This document shows positions 25,743-38,199 of a stretch of 64,000 bases of DNA, piece after piece. The DNA is taken from assembly GCA_028534125.1 (NCBI GenBank), contig CM052817.1, forward strand, positions 34,164,001-34,228,000, written 5' to 3'. This DNA is from Lama glama. Lineage: Eukaryota. Every line of letters starts with the position of its first letter. The first letter of the stretch is position 1. Below the pieces are notes generated by a model that was given only the letters and a program-made list of their open reading frames with translations, was not told the DNA's origin and searched no databases. The position numbers and the translations under genes are program-made.

Positions 25743-26734
25743 TTGTACGTATTAGAGTGGAAAGGTATAGGTCGTGTTGATAAGCTCCCAGCCTAGAGCA
25801 TTTTGTCAAGCAGCTGAGCAGACTAACAGTAGGTGTCAGTGAGCGGTGGCCAAAGCTAGACTTCAGGGGCCGGGGGCTCACACTGTGTGAGAGAAAGAGG
25901 AAAGTGAGCTGGCTGTGCTGCCGGACTGCCAAACAGTTTCCCCAAGACAGGCTCTCCATAAAGTGGGAAGTCCATGCAGGTAACATCTCACTTGCCACAC
26001 AAACCTGACTACACTGTGAAAAACATGTCATCACTCATTAAAAACAAACAAAAAAATGCCTTTTGCCTTGTCGGTGGGACAGTTTCTCAATGACAAGGCT
26101 TCTCTCCCACGCCACTCTCCTCCCCTGTACAGATATGGGTGGCACCCCTTAGCCAAGGCCCCTCCAAACACATCCCAATAAGTCCATGAAGGAGGGGGGA
26201 GGCTGTGTGCTAAGTGGGGATCTAAAAGCAAATTGGATAATGTGCTCTAGAAGGCACCTCCCGAGGGGAAGAGGTGGCACCCAGCAGTGCCAGGCCACTT
26301 TTCTCAGCTAATAAAACCTCCCCCAGCAGCCACACCACACACCCAGCTCCTCAGTGCCATCTGGTACCCGCATCTTGAGATCTGCCGCTTCTGTCTGTGA
26401 TCCAGACAGCTACAGCTCACTTCCATGTGGCAACATAAGTGTATTGACATTTATCATTGGATTCCACTTTCCAGAACAGAGAGACACAGAGGGCGTGCAT
26501 GGCTGTGGTATCATGCCCAGCAGCTGACACTGGGGATTACTCTTCTATTCTGTCACCCTTTGGCACAGAAGCCTCTGCTCAGTGCTAATGACAATCAGTG
26601 GCTTGTGCTTCAAATAAGGAGAGGAGAGAGTGACACTGAAATCTCCATGCTCCATGCAAGCTCCTCTCTCTAGGACAACATCATACAACCTTTGTAAATG
26701 CAATTCACATTTCAAAAATCCCCACAAACGTGTG

Positions 26735-26740
<6 letters not shown>

Positions 26741-26772
<32 letters not shown>
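26741..26772. repeat. (TG)16 microsatellite within a TA/TG low-complexity tract (about 26730-26880)
   Basis: Read directly from sequence. Confidence 0.95.
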
Positions 26773-26777
<5 letters not shown>

Positions 26778-28189
26778 CTACTTCTACATATATATACATC
26801 CATATATATGTATGCATATCTATATATATCTTATCTATATATGTGTGTATGTATAGATGTATCTATCCATCTCCATATGTTTCTGTTACAAATACTGTGG
26901 CATTATTTGAGCATGTATCTGTGCGTGGATCAGCGTGTTCCCAGACGCATGTCTGTGTGGATAAACAGCATATAAAAAATCAGGTTATTGTAACATAAAC
27001 TGTACCCTAATGCTGCATTAAGCAACAGACTCCATTTTCCACTGTTAGGACTCAGGCTTTTGTTTCCCAATCCCCACTGAAGGGGTAAAAAATCTGCTCG
27101 AGAGGCAAAATGTTTTCCCTCCCTGGTTAAACTCATTGCCGTCCCATTCACTAGAGCCTTAAATGAGCTTTGAGCACAAGAGAAAACATGACTCAGCTTT
27201 GGGAGCCCCCGCAAGTGCTGTGTAAACCAGAAAATTCCCCCAGATCACCTCATTTGTCAGGTGTTACCCCATTGTTCCTAGTCTTTTTTTTTTTTCACCA
27301 CATGCTATTGTTTTCAAAGTGAGCTTATGGTCAAAACAATGCATCGTATATTACTGAGATTGTCAAAGAATGAGCCTCTCACTCGTGTGATCAGGGCTTC
27401 TTGTTTGTTGTGATCTCACTGTCAAATAATCAGCCTTGGAATCAGCCGGTGAATCACGCTGCCTCTGTGGCGGGAAGATGACGTTGGTCATAACATTTGG
27501 AATCTTCTAGAGAGGAGACCAAGGAGGAAACTTCGGTGGGTGAACAAGACTTTACTACAGAGAAGGAAAAGAAAAGGATCTTACCACGGAAGGAGAATGG
27601 CCATGGGGGTCTGTGATGCCTAGTGTGTCACGAACCATAGAGTCGCTCAATAATTATCACCTGAATTGAATTGAAAGATCTCTATCAGCCTGAACAAAGG
27701 CAAAGAAAGAATTTAAATTTCTATTAAGGATGTACATTTGCAAGGAAAGGATAATGAGGCAGAAGAATTGTGTCCAAATACACTTAACTTTGGACTGACC
27801 TTCCCATCCACAATGCTGAGGGTGACCTGGCAAGAATCTGCCTGAAACAGGAAGACAAAGGATCATAGAAACTAAGAGCTGGAAGGAAATCAGATGAGGG
27901 GCCTTGGGCCCAGGATATGAGTAACTCCCAAGGACAGGAGAGATGGCCCCCAGTGTAGTACTTTGTGATTTGAAACCGTCTTGGCTTCCCTATGCCGTGT
28001 TGTGTCCATGCCTTCTGGTGGCTTAAAAATGGTGGCCAAAGCCTTCTTGCCAGAGGTTGATTGGTCCACTTAAGTAAGAGGAAAACCCAAATGGAAGCAG
28101 TCTGATTTTCACCATGGAAACACAAATCAAGGGTCGGAAGAAATCTCCACAAGTCACCCAAGGCGAAGACTTTTGAACGCTAATAGTAA

Positions 28190-28750
28190 GAGAGGTGATA
28201 TGGGAAAATGAACACTGTCATATCCCACGGGGAGGAGACTAAACTGGTCAAATATTTCCAGAGGACAGCTTGGCAACATGTATCAAGAACCTTAACATTT
28301 TCATATCCTTTGACCCATCTAAGGTATAATTGACCCAATTATAGGATTTTATTCATAAGAAATAAATAAGCATGGCTTTGCACAAAGATACAGTGGAAAC
28401 GGTGTTCACCCTGCTATTGTTTCTAACAGTGAAAAATGGAAACAATTTACATTTTCTCTAACAGGGATTGGATGAATAATTAGTACACAGGCGAACTGAA
28501 ATCCTAAGCAGTCATTAAGTTGATGTATAAGAATATTAATTAGCAGTGAACTGCTATGCTATACAATTCGATTTTTTTTTGCATTGTAAAACATCACATC
28601 CAGTATGATCCCATTTTTGAACAATGCACGTAGAGGAGTATGCACACCCGAACACTGAGGGTGGTTATGTCTAGATGGAGGGCTAATGTATGGCTCATTT
28701 TCTTCTTTATACTTATTTTCATTTCTAAGTTTTTTACAAGAAACAGATAT
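28190..28750 (+). mobile_element. Old L1 (L1ME-like) 3' region
   Basis: 'gaggacagcttggcaacatgtatcaa...atatcctttgaccca' and 'acactgagggtggttatgtctagatgg'. Confidence 0.7.
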
Positions 28751-28880
28751 TATTTTAATTATGTTTAAAATGAGTACATTTTAAATCTGTTCCTGAAAAC
28801 CCTGTAGCTGATTTCCTTAGTCTTTGGGGTGGAGGTGGGGGGTTGAGAGGAGGGGAATAAAAAGATAAAAATCACCTTTT

Positions 28881-29006
28881 AAAATTATTAATTATTGTGC
28901 TGAGCGCTGGGATTTGACACAGCACTGTGGAATGATTGTGAGTCAATAAAAATGTAAAAAATAAAAAAATAAAAAAATAAAAATAAATAAAATTATTAAT
29001 TATTGT
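28881..29006 (+). mobile_element. Extremely 5'-truncated young L1 retrocopy with 18-bp TSD and A-to-G clustered body
   Basis: TSD aaaattattaattattgt at 28881-28898 and 28989-29006; TTTT/AAAA endonuclease site; AATAAA plus A-rich tail. The body aligns to the L1 end at 33841-33903 (- strand). Confidence 0.9.
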
Positions 29007-29639
29007 TATTATTTTTTATGAAAAATGGAGAAACACAAGACCCTAGGTCTGGGCTTGGAAAATACAGAACTAGTACTGTTCTGGGCAGTTCTGAATCTCC
29101 AGGAATCCCTCCAAAGAACCTTCATGGCCAGTCTCTCTGTGCCCATCCCCCACTGCCCCTACCCGTAGGCAAAGTGGCAGCCAAGTGCTATTTCACATCC
29201 TTACGGAGACTGGCAGCACCTTTGGTTTCAGGTAGTTGTCTCAATTCTTACTGGCCTCTTCCAAGGTGTCCTTGGTCCCAGCTTGTCACTGGGTATCAGG
29301 CACAGATACCCACCTGGTCTTGTGGGGTCTCATGCACTGTCATGAACTCCAGTGAAGTCTGTTCTCTGCAGCCTCTTCGCACTGACCCAGGCCTCCTCCC
29401 TCCCTCTTGTCTCTCAACCTACAGATGTACCTGGGTTTTCTGCACACCACCCACAAATGGGAGGATCTGGGCACTGCCCTTGACTTTTCTCTTGCCTAAC
29501 CACAGTGTCCTTTTGCCCCTCACTAAGGCTTCTAGACCATTCTCTTTTCCTGATCACCACCCCTACATTGGCTTTAAATCTTTTGTCATTAAATCAAATT
29601 ACTCACTACCTTTCCTTGTCATGATCATGAACCAACCTC

Positions 29640-31320
29640 AGCTCAACCAGCCCTTCATCCTCTGAAGACTTTGGGAGCCTGGCTCACCGTCACTCACTCC
29701 AGCACCACTCCTGGCACAACAACCTATGGGTTCAACACTCAGGGAAATGAACCTTCCCCTATCTTGGCTTCTTATTTCCTTGACCTCTTCTCCTCCCATG
29801 ATATGGTCCTCCTCCTGCTTTATCTGCTCACTCCCACGGTCATACCCTGACCTTATCATTCCTAATGATTGAAACCCTCCAATCCTCCAACCCCCACCTC
29901 CAATTCAAGTCGTCCCTTCTCCTACCCCGCAACTCCAGGCTCAGATCTGCCTCCCTACTCAACATCTTCACTTGGATGTTTCACTTAACATGTCAAAGAG
30001 CAGGTTCCTGCTCTTAGCTGCCAAAACCTGCTTCTCCTCAGCCTTCACGTCAAATAATGGCTATTCCATTCTTCCAATGTCTCAGGACAGAAATCTTGGT
30101 GTCATCCTCAGTTCCTCTTTTATATTATGTATCCAACTCATCAAGAAATCCTGTTCACTCTACCTTCAAAATTTATTCAGGATCTGACCACTTCTTAGTC
30201 TCTATGCTGCTATTACGCTGGCACAAGCCACCATTATCCTTTGCCTGGATCCTTGCAAACTCCTAACTGGTTTACCTTGTCTACTTTCAGTCTGTTCTTC
30301 TTTTAGCAGTCAGAGTGATCCCGCTAACCATTCATCAGATCAGGTCACGCCTTTATCAAAATCCTCCCACAGTTCCTGACTCCTCTCCAAGAATAAGCCA
30401 AATCCATTATAACGGCTTATAAGATCCTCAATGATCAGGCCGCCTTCTCTAACCTCATTTCTTTCTTTTCTCCTGCTCTGTGGCAGTTTTAAAACATGGT
30501 CCTCAAATTCTTTGACCTTCCTTTTATTTAGAGGCCAGAGATCTCTGTCTCTGGCTGGTGATCTGGCCTCTGAGACTGCTGGACACAGTTACGGCAGTTT
30601 CCACTTTCTGCCTTTTGGGATACTTGCTCTGTGAATCCAGCCACCACAGCTGAGAGAGTCTAGGAGCCTGCAGAATGTCCCACGTGGAGAGAAACTGAGG
30701 CCCCCGACCAGCGGCCCCTGCTGGGCTCTCAGCTGACATTAAGCACTCACATGCCAGCCATGTGAGTGAGCCATCTTGAAAGTGGATGCCCCAGCCCCTT
30801 GTTGACGCAGCCATTATGGTTTGTTACACAGCCTTAGAGACTCTCCCACTGCAGCAGCCTCACTCACTCCATGTTTGCCTCTCTGTCCTCGTTGCAGTTC
30901 CTTGAACACCCTGTCCCAGGTGTTTTGCTGTCTCAGGGCCTCTGCACTGGCTGTTCCCATCTATGATCCCACATATACATGGCTCTCTCACTCACCTCCT
31001 TTACATCTGTAATCCTTTGCATCTTTTCAGTAAGACCTTTCCTCCCAAACTGGCAAACCACACGTGTTTCCCCCAGGGCCTTCCCCCTTTTCACTTTATT
31101 TTTCTCCATAATGGTCATCACTGTATAACATACCATACAATTTATTCATTTAGATTGTTTATTGAACATCCTGGTTTTAAATAGCATCTCTATGCTGGTA
31201 ATCTCTTACACTAGGAGGTAAACTCCATGATAACAGAAGTCTTTGTCTATTTCATTCCCGGCTGATTCCCATGTGCTTAGAACAGCATCTCTCACGGGGT
31301 CACTCCTCAAATAGTGTTTG
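29640..31320 (+). mobile_element. L2 LINE (long fragment) interrupted by an LTR
   Basis: 'cccacggtcataccctgaccttatcatt', 'acatcttcacttggatgtt', 'aaatcttggtgtcatcctc', and the L2 tail near 31210-31320. Confidence 0.8.
30479..30840 (+). mobile_element. MaLR LTR (MLT1F/G-like) nested in L2
   Basis: TGTGGCAGTTTTAAAACATG start; 'ccacgtggagagaaactgagg...gccagccatgtgagtgagccatcttg'. Confidence 0.75.
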
Positions 31321-31689
31321 TGATTCTACTGCAGCCATGTACAGAGGACCAGCCTCCTCTCAGATTTCACCCTCCCTCTCAACCTGTCTCCTCTCTGGGA
31401 TGCTCTGTCTCTGTCTCCGTGCTCTCCACCTCCTTACCAGACTGAAGCAGCATCTTTACTCAAGTCTCAGACCATCAGATTCCCTTTACAAGTTACTCCC
31501 CACACTGGGAGAACTTTCTCCCTCCTGGGTGGCAGGAACCTCCTTTATATCAGATCCTGTGTTCATTCCACGCTAGGGATTAATTTAAAACTTTCTGCTC
31601 AGGCACCCAAGCTTAGTTTTTGCTAGCAAAAATCAGTAAAAACTTCAGCTCTGACAATAAATGAGCAAGAGCCGAGTGAGTAAGGTGCT

Positions 31690-31860
31690 CCAAAAATCCA
31701 TTGCTGGGTAAAAACTTCCCCCAAACTTAGAGATTTCAGACAACAATCATTGATTTTGTTCATGAGTCTGCAATTTGAGCAGGGTTCGGTGGGGACAGCT
31801 GGCCTCTGCTCTACCTGGCGTCTGCTGGGACAAATCAAATAGGGGCTGGGAGATGTACTT
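31690..31860 (-). mobile_element. MaLR LTR fragment
   Basis: 'ccccaaacttag...caacaatcatt...tcatgagtctgcaatttgagcagggttcggtggggacagct'. Confidence 0.65.
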
Positions 31861-32269
31861 TCAAGTGTGCACTTTTAGAACTGACAGCATCTTTCTCTGT
31901 CTCAGCAAAATCTGGCTTTCAGGCTTTATGCTTTGCTCTCAAAGAAAAAATTTAATTTGTGAACACATCCACTTTTCTCAGACTGCAACTGCTGTATCTC
32001 AGTGAAGGAAAGAAAGCCATTGGCCAATGGATAGGAAATCTCAGGGCAACACAGTTTATAATGTCCCAACTTAATGTCTCAAATAATTTGTATCTATTGT
32101 GTTTGATTCATTCATTAGTTCACCTAATATGTTGTAATGAGAACCGGAATTTTGTTTATTGTTGTATGCTCATTTCTCAGAGTGTCTGACATATAAGTGC
32201 TTTAGCACATCTTTAGTAAGTTAATTGATAATGATACTAATAATTAACATCTAGTGTAACAGTTAAATT

Positions 32270-32485
32270 TATTATGATTTTTTTTTGCTAGGCACTATTC
32301 ATAACACTTCACATGAATTACCTTATTTAAAACTTGCAACAGCTCTAGCAGGTAGTATGTTTATTATTATTCCTATTTTACAGATGAGTAAACTGAGGCA
32401 CAGGGAGGTTAGGAACATGTAGTGAAATGGCAGAGCAGGGATTCACACTCAGGCAGACACTGATGCCCCCTCTCTTAATCATTAC
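32270..32485 (-). mobile_element. MIR SINE
   Basis: 'attattattcctattttacagatgagtaaactgaggcacagggaggttag'. Confidence 0.85.
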
Positions 32486-33302
32486 ACATGCACTGGATTC
32501 TATGGGGACCACATAAGAGAAGCATCATATCCCAGCTCTTAGGGATTAAGGAAGGCTTCCCAAGGAGACAGTTTCTAAGCAGAATCCTAAAGGACAAATA
32601 GGAATAGAGTCAGACAAAGAGACTGAGGAAGGGCTTTCTTGGCAGGATTTGCAAGATCATCTAGAGATCCGGGCATTACGCTAGGAGCAAGGAATATAAG
32701 GGGAAATAAACGCGCTCCTTCACTGATATTCAGAAAATTTAGACAATGTTGAAACAAAGTGTGGTAAGGGCCAATACTGATACACACAAGATGCGGTGGA
32801 GAGGTAGACGAAGCAGGAATTGAACCCAGGGTAGTAGGTCAGTGAGGGCTTCCCAGAGGAGGTGGCATCTGAGCTCAATCTTGAAGAATGAGTAGGAGTT
32901 CGGTAGACAAACAAGGAGTTGGAGGGCATCTCTGGCAGAGGGAAAGACACGTGCAGTGAAATATGTAAAAAGCTTCTGAAGCTAAGCAAATACCAAATAG
33001 GCTAGAAAGATCATATTTTTCTTTCTTTAACATTTCCAGAAAATGAGTCTGTAGTGTTGCATAGCATTGCCTCATACCCTTTGCAAGTAGAAGATTCTGT
33101 TTGATGTTAAACCTTCGTTCATCTTCCTGTGACACAGACACCCACACATGTACCCTTATTCTCTAACTAAGGGTCACTTAGGCTCACTGTCCTTGTCATT
33201 CATATGTAAGCCCTTCATACAGGTGGAAATGGCTAATCTGGCTTTTTTGTCTTCCCCGATTGGAGAGATTCCATGCCCTCCTCTGCAACTTCACTCGATA
33301 AA

Positions 33303-33362
33303 CAAGAAGCGCATCCTGAGAGCAAGAAGCGCATCCTGAGAGCAAGAAGCACATCCTGAGAG
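33303..33362. repeat. Tandem repeat, 3 x 20 bp (caagaagcgcatcctgagag)
   Basis: Two identical units and a third with one G>A change. Confidence 0.95.
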
Positions 33363-33669
33363 CCAGCCCGTGCACAGGGGCTAGCCATTGCAGGGGATAT
33401 AGGAGAAATACAAAGTGCTTTTCCTGCCATCCCAAGGCTGCTCACTATCAGTAGCAGACATTTGTTACTGGTGGCTGCCAAAAACCTCTGCAACACTCAA
33501 CATTTTGATAGTTCCCCATGCTATGAGCCCTGCCTACCCCAAATAGAGTCCAAAAAAACTCTTTTTTTTTTCTTTCACACAACGCATTACCCTCACCCAC
33601 TACCATGCCATTCAATTTCTTCCAATTCTATGCACCCATGATGGAATTTGATTTGGAGGTGAGCTATGG

Positions 33670-34060
33670 AGTTCGAGATTTGCAGATACACATATATAAA
33701 ATAGACAAACAAAACGGTCCTACTGTATAGCACAGGGAACTCTATTCAATATCTTATAGTAACCTATAATGAAAAAGAACATGAAAAGGGAAATATGTAT
33801 GTAGATGTATGACATTATGCTGTACACCAGAAAATTTTTTAACATTTTTTATTGATTTATAATCATTTTACAGTGTTGTGTCAAATTTCAGTGTAGAGCA
33901 CAATTTTTCAGTTATACATGAACACATATATAATTCATTGTCACATTTTTTTCCCTGTGAGCTACCACAAGATCTTGTGTATATTTCCCTGGGTATACCA
34001 GAAATTGACACAACACTGTAAACTGACTATACTTCAATTAAAAAAACAAATTAAAAAAAA
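33670..34060 (+). mobile_element. L1 3' end (older lineage-specific subfamily), split by a nested L1
   Basis: 'ggtcctactgtatagcacagggaac...ttatgctgtacaccagaaa' resumes as 'accagaaattgacacaacactgtaaactgactatacttcaatt(A)n'. Confidence 0.9.
33835..33991 (-). mobile_element. Younger L1 3' end nested antisense in the older L1
   Basis: Reverse 'cagggaaatatacacaagatcttgtggtagctcac...tttgacacaacactgtaaaatgattataaatcaataaaaaatgtt', flanked by gtacaccagaaa / gtataccagaaa. Confidence 0.9.
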
Positions 34061-34214
34061 GTTAAATAATATTCCATGTTTAAAAAAAAGGAACAGTGCT
34101 TTCCAGTACATTGTAAGTCCCACCATGATTTTTAATTTAAAAAAAATATTAAGCTTGCAGTTAACTAAACTTTCGAATCTCTGTCATGTATGAGGCTGCC
34201 GACTGGGTCTCCCC

Positions 34215-34300
34215 CAACCTAAAATCGTGCAATTGATTTCTTTTTTCCAGCCTAAATGCATGACTTTGCATTTAATCCTATTGAATTTCCTTCTGGTGGT
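34215..34300 (-). mobile_element. L3/CR1 RT-region fragment
   Basis: 'cctaaatgcatgactttgcatttaatcctattgaatttc' is the reverse of the CR1 MKFN..KCKV.HLG motif. Confidence 0.6.
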
Positions 34301-36255
34301 ACTAGTTCAGCAGCACTTTGTTTCCCTCCTTTTCTGCACCCGCCGTCCCACCCATCTATCCCCAGGTGCCAGTGTTAATGAGAGAGAGAAAAAGAGAAGG
34401 GAAAAGAGACCCCTGCAGACTGAGCAGGCAGCCTGCAGTCACCGAGTTCTGCCTGCAACCTAACTTTGGAGCCCAACCAAATCCAAGTGGCTCTAATCAC
34501 TTTAAAATCAGGCATAGAGTTAGAATTTGACAAGCATCTAAACTTAATAGCTGATCTCCAGACAACATTACTGCTGAACCATCAAAGTAAGTCCAGGAGG
34601 TTGTTACCCAAAGTACCTCAGTAAAATGAATTGAGGAGCAGGCAATGGGGACAGTTGTGACAATTGCAATACAGCCATGTCCACAGGTGGAATGAAGCGT
34701 CTGTCCTGTTAACGAATAGAGACACAATTCAGGGAAGCAAGCCATCCAAATGCATCACTTGAATCCTGTTTGGCTGTTCTGACGTCGAAGAAGATAAGAC
34801 AAAGAATCAACCGGGGAAATGTAAGACACGGAACTACAAAAATAAACCTGTCATCCCCGACATCTGTGTTTATAAATGCGCTATGTTCCACGGCAGAGAG
34901 GTCCCTGCGGCCGGCCAATGCTTCGATGGCGTCTTGCATGTTTTATTTTTCCCAGTACCCACATCGGAAGGGCTTTTCTTACTGTCTCTTTGCTTCCAGC
35001 TTTTGTTTTGGTCTGTCCATAAAAAGCTGGCAGAGAAATAGCTGGGCAATTTGAGAAACATGGCTTAGAACCAGCCGGCTTCACTCTTTGGCTACAAAAA
35101 GTGAGCCCGTGCTAGTTGTTCTTTAATGACGAAGTAGTCGGTCCACTCCCCCACCCCTCACCCAGGTGGAGATTTTCCCTATCACTAACCCCAGGGCAGG
35201 TTTGAATCAAAAAGGTGACACACACAGGAGCCAGATGTTTGGAGGGTGAGACGGGGAGCTAAGTTCACACAATTGTTCTGCCCCCTTGCTTTCCGCTGAG
35301 GTTCTTTCCTGTGGGCTGCTGGACACATCAGCAGGCCCTGGGCACGGCCGGCGGCGGACAGCCCGGCCGGCTGCAGCGGGAGCCTGCTAGCAGGCTGCCT
35401 TCCTTTTCCGGTGCAGCTGGTGTTTGCAGAGGGACATGATTTGAAAGTTGATTTATTTACCCTGTCTTTTTTTTTTCTTTTTAATGAATGGATGTAGATA
35501 TCTCTTTGTTGAAACAATTAATAAACTCTAGTGATATGATAAGAATTTAACAGAAAAACATCCTTGGCTGGCAGGTGGAAATCTAAGGACTTGGTTGTTT
35601 GGAATGTTCATAATGTTACTCAGAGTGAGATCAGAGGATTTTGTTTCTTTCGGTCTTGTTTTTAAGAAAACAGAGGGTCACTTTCGCTTGTGGAAGCCAG
35701 TGGGCTCCAGTTCTTGAGTCTTCATTTTGTCCTCATTGTCTGAGGAGACTCTGAAGATGCTGACACAGCACCCCAACTATGGAGAGGAAGAGAATGTGCC
35801 AGAAAGATCCTCCTCCTCTTAGGATGGTTCCTCCTCCCAAGTCTCTGCAAAAGTCAAGGGATCTGAGACCAAGAGATATAGTCTGACTGCTGTGAAAGGG
35901 GGCTAGGTCAGAGGGATGTGCTTTCTTCCTTTAAAAAATGTATTCTTTATTTTGAGTGGTCATATGATCAGTCTGGAGAAATAGGAATCATATTTAAAAC
36001 CCTAAAATTTTAAATAACAGGAAGTTTAGGGTGGATAGAAGAGAAAGGGAAGGGTGGATTCTGTTTAAAAGAATTCTGTGTGGAACTGACAGTTGAGCAG
36101 AGGAACCCTTTGAATGCAGTCTTGCAAAACTAAAATCCACATGTTCCTTTCCCTGCCTTTGTAAGTAAGATTCAAATTTATTGGCCATAAATATATCGTT
36201 TTTGCTAGTTGAGGATCTCTAGGGGAAAGGTAACATCAGTATTCTGGATACAATA

Positions 36256-37253
36256 CAGTTGACCCTTGAGCAACACTGGGATTAGGGGCACCAACCTCCC
36301 CCCTATGCAATTGAAAAAACATGTAGCTTTTGACTCCCCCAAAACAACTACTAATAGCCTATTATTGACCAGAAGCCTTACTGATAACATAAATAGTGGA
36401 TCAACACAAACTTTGTACATGTATTATCAACTGCATTCTTACAGTACAATAAGTTAAAGAAAATGTTATTAAGAAAATCATAAGGAAGAGAAATACACTT
36501 GCAGTGTATTCTACATTTACTGATACTGTAAATTTCTATATACATCATCTGTTTACAAGATGGATCGTCTGTCAGTACCTACATCAATATCGTCTTATAT
36601 GATACAAAACACTGTAGATGTTATAGTATTACTCACACTAGACATCAAAAATGAAAATACCACATAGAAAAGAAATTCAGATGTAATGCATACAGGTATA
36701 ACGATTCATGAATTGATAACAAAGAAGCAGCAATAGAATTACTTTACGGTTGCCTAGCATAATTGATATAATTGCTTCCCAGGAGCCTGTACACCAATGA
36801 ATGAATCATCATAAAATGCTTATGGCATACAGTATCACAGTCATATTTGTAATACAGTATTGGGAACATTGTTACTTTTTTTTAAAAAAACACTTATCTG
36901 TGATGATAAGTTGATAGGCAGTTTCTCCAATTACCAGAGAGAGCAGCACACTGCATGGTAATGTAATTCTTTGAAAGTAAAGTTAGAAAATAGTAAGAAA
37001 ATGAACTTATTACTAATTTTACATGTAAAGTTATTTTACACACGTAAAGTTAGACTAGTATCTAAATATTTTATGCATTCGTGATATATTTAACTTTTTC
37101 TTAATATTTTTGATATTTCTTTGGTATACAGTTCATCTGAGTCTTTTCAAATTATCACAAATCTCCAAAAATTTTTCTAATGCATTTATTGAAATAAATC
37201 CATGTATAAGTGGATTTGCACAGTCCAAACCAGTGTTGTGCAAGGGTCAGCTG
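36256..37253. mobile_element. Tigger2-family non-autonomous Tc1/mariner-pogo element, full length
   Basis: TIRs CAGTTGACCCTTGAGCAACACTGG / CCAGTGTTGTGCAAGGGTCAGCTG, with a TA duplication on both sides (36254-55, 37254-55). Confidence 0.9.
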
Positions 37254-37459
37254 TACAAGGGAGGTGAAGGTGGAAAGAGAAAAGGTTTTGGAATGGAGCC
37301 GACCTGAATGTTAATACCAGCTATAATAGCTGTTAACTTAAATAAGTCATTGACCTCCTCTCAGAACCTTGGTTTTCCTTTATGTAAAATAGAAACATGT
37401 ACCTTAAAGGGTGGTTGTGAGAATTTGTTAAAAAAAAAAAGGAGAGTCTGACACTGTAG

Positions 37460-37860
37460 ACATCCAATCCTACTGTGGTAATGCCACATAACAAACAATC
37501 CCCAGTCTTCCATGACTTGAAACAGTGAACACCTGCTTCACATGCATGGTTCTGCTCAGGGGATTTGCCCTTACTCGGAAATGCTTGCCTGAACTTAACT
37601 GGACTCTGGGTCAGGTTCCAGCCTGCTCCACATGTCTTGGTTTCAGGTTAAAAAGCAACAATTACTTGGGAAAATGTTCCTCTCATGGTGGAGGAAGGAC
37701 CCTCCAGAGGGATGGCAGAAACTGACCATGCTTCTTCTAGGCTCAGCTTGTAACTGGCACATTGTTATTTCTACCTACATTCCAATGGCCAAAACATGGC
37801 ATGGCCAAGGCCAAAGTCAATGAAGCAGGAAAAATACTTCACCACAGTGAACCGCAGGGA
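37460..37860 (-). mobile_element. Old MaLR LTR (MLT1I/J-like)
   Basis: 'taatgccacataacaaacaatcccc' and 'tacattccaatggccaaaacatggcatggccaaggccaaagtcaatg'. Confidence 0.65.
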
Positions 37861-38199
37861 AGGAAGCATTGCATTCAAAATATACAGACATGCATTACAG
37901 TACCAGGCACCTAGAAGGTGCACATAATTGGGAGTTATTATACTTACTATTATATAATATATTAATAATATAAGTATGATATTATTGTCATAGATTGATA
38001 TATAATGTACAATAATATATTATTAGTTACACATATGAAAGGTATGGCACTGAATTCACAATGATTTTTTTTAAAAAACCTAAAAAGTAATGTTTTTAAA
38101 AAACACTCACTTTAAAAGTCAATCATTTCATTATCTTGTCATTGATATACCTAATCAGCACTGGCATATACCAGTTCCTGTAAGAATCTGAAAAAGTGT

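Noticed and set aside
26545..26998. Overlapping ORFs with CV/HT/YI repeats
   Set aside because: Translation artefacts of the (TG)/(TA) microsatellite.
29003..29665. Longest + strand ORF (220 aa)
   Set aside because: Starts at a TTG inside the L1 TSD, has low-complexity L/P/S/C composition and no recognisable domain, and runs into L2; probably chance.
10805..30840. Two same-orientation MLT1F/G-like LTRs as a possible provirus
   Set aside because: They are about 20 kb apart, separated by unrelated MIR/L2/unique DNA, and the second is nested in an L2. They are independent solo LTRs.
33303..33362. Direct repeats as a CRISPR-like array
   Set aside because: Head-to-tail units with no spacers, in eukaryotic DNA.
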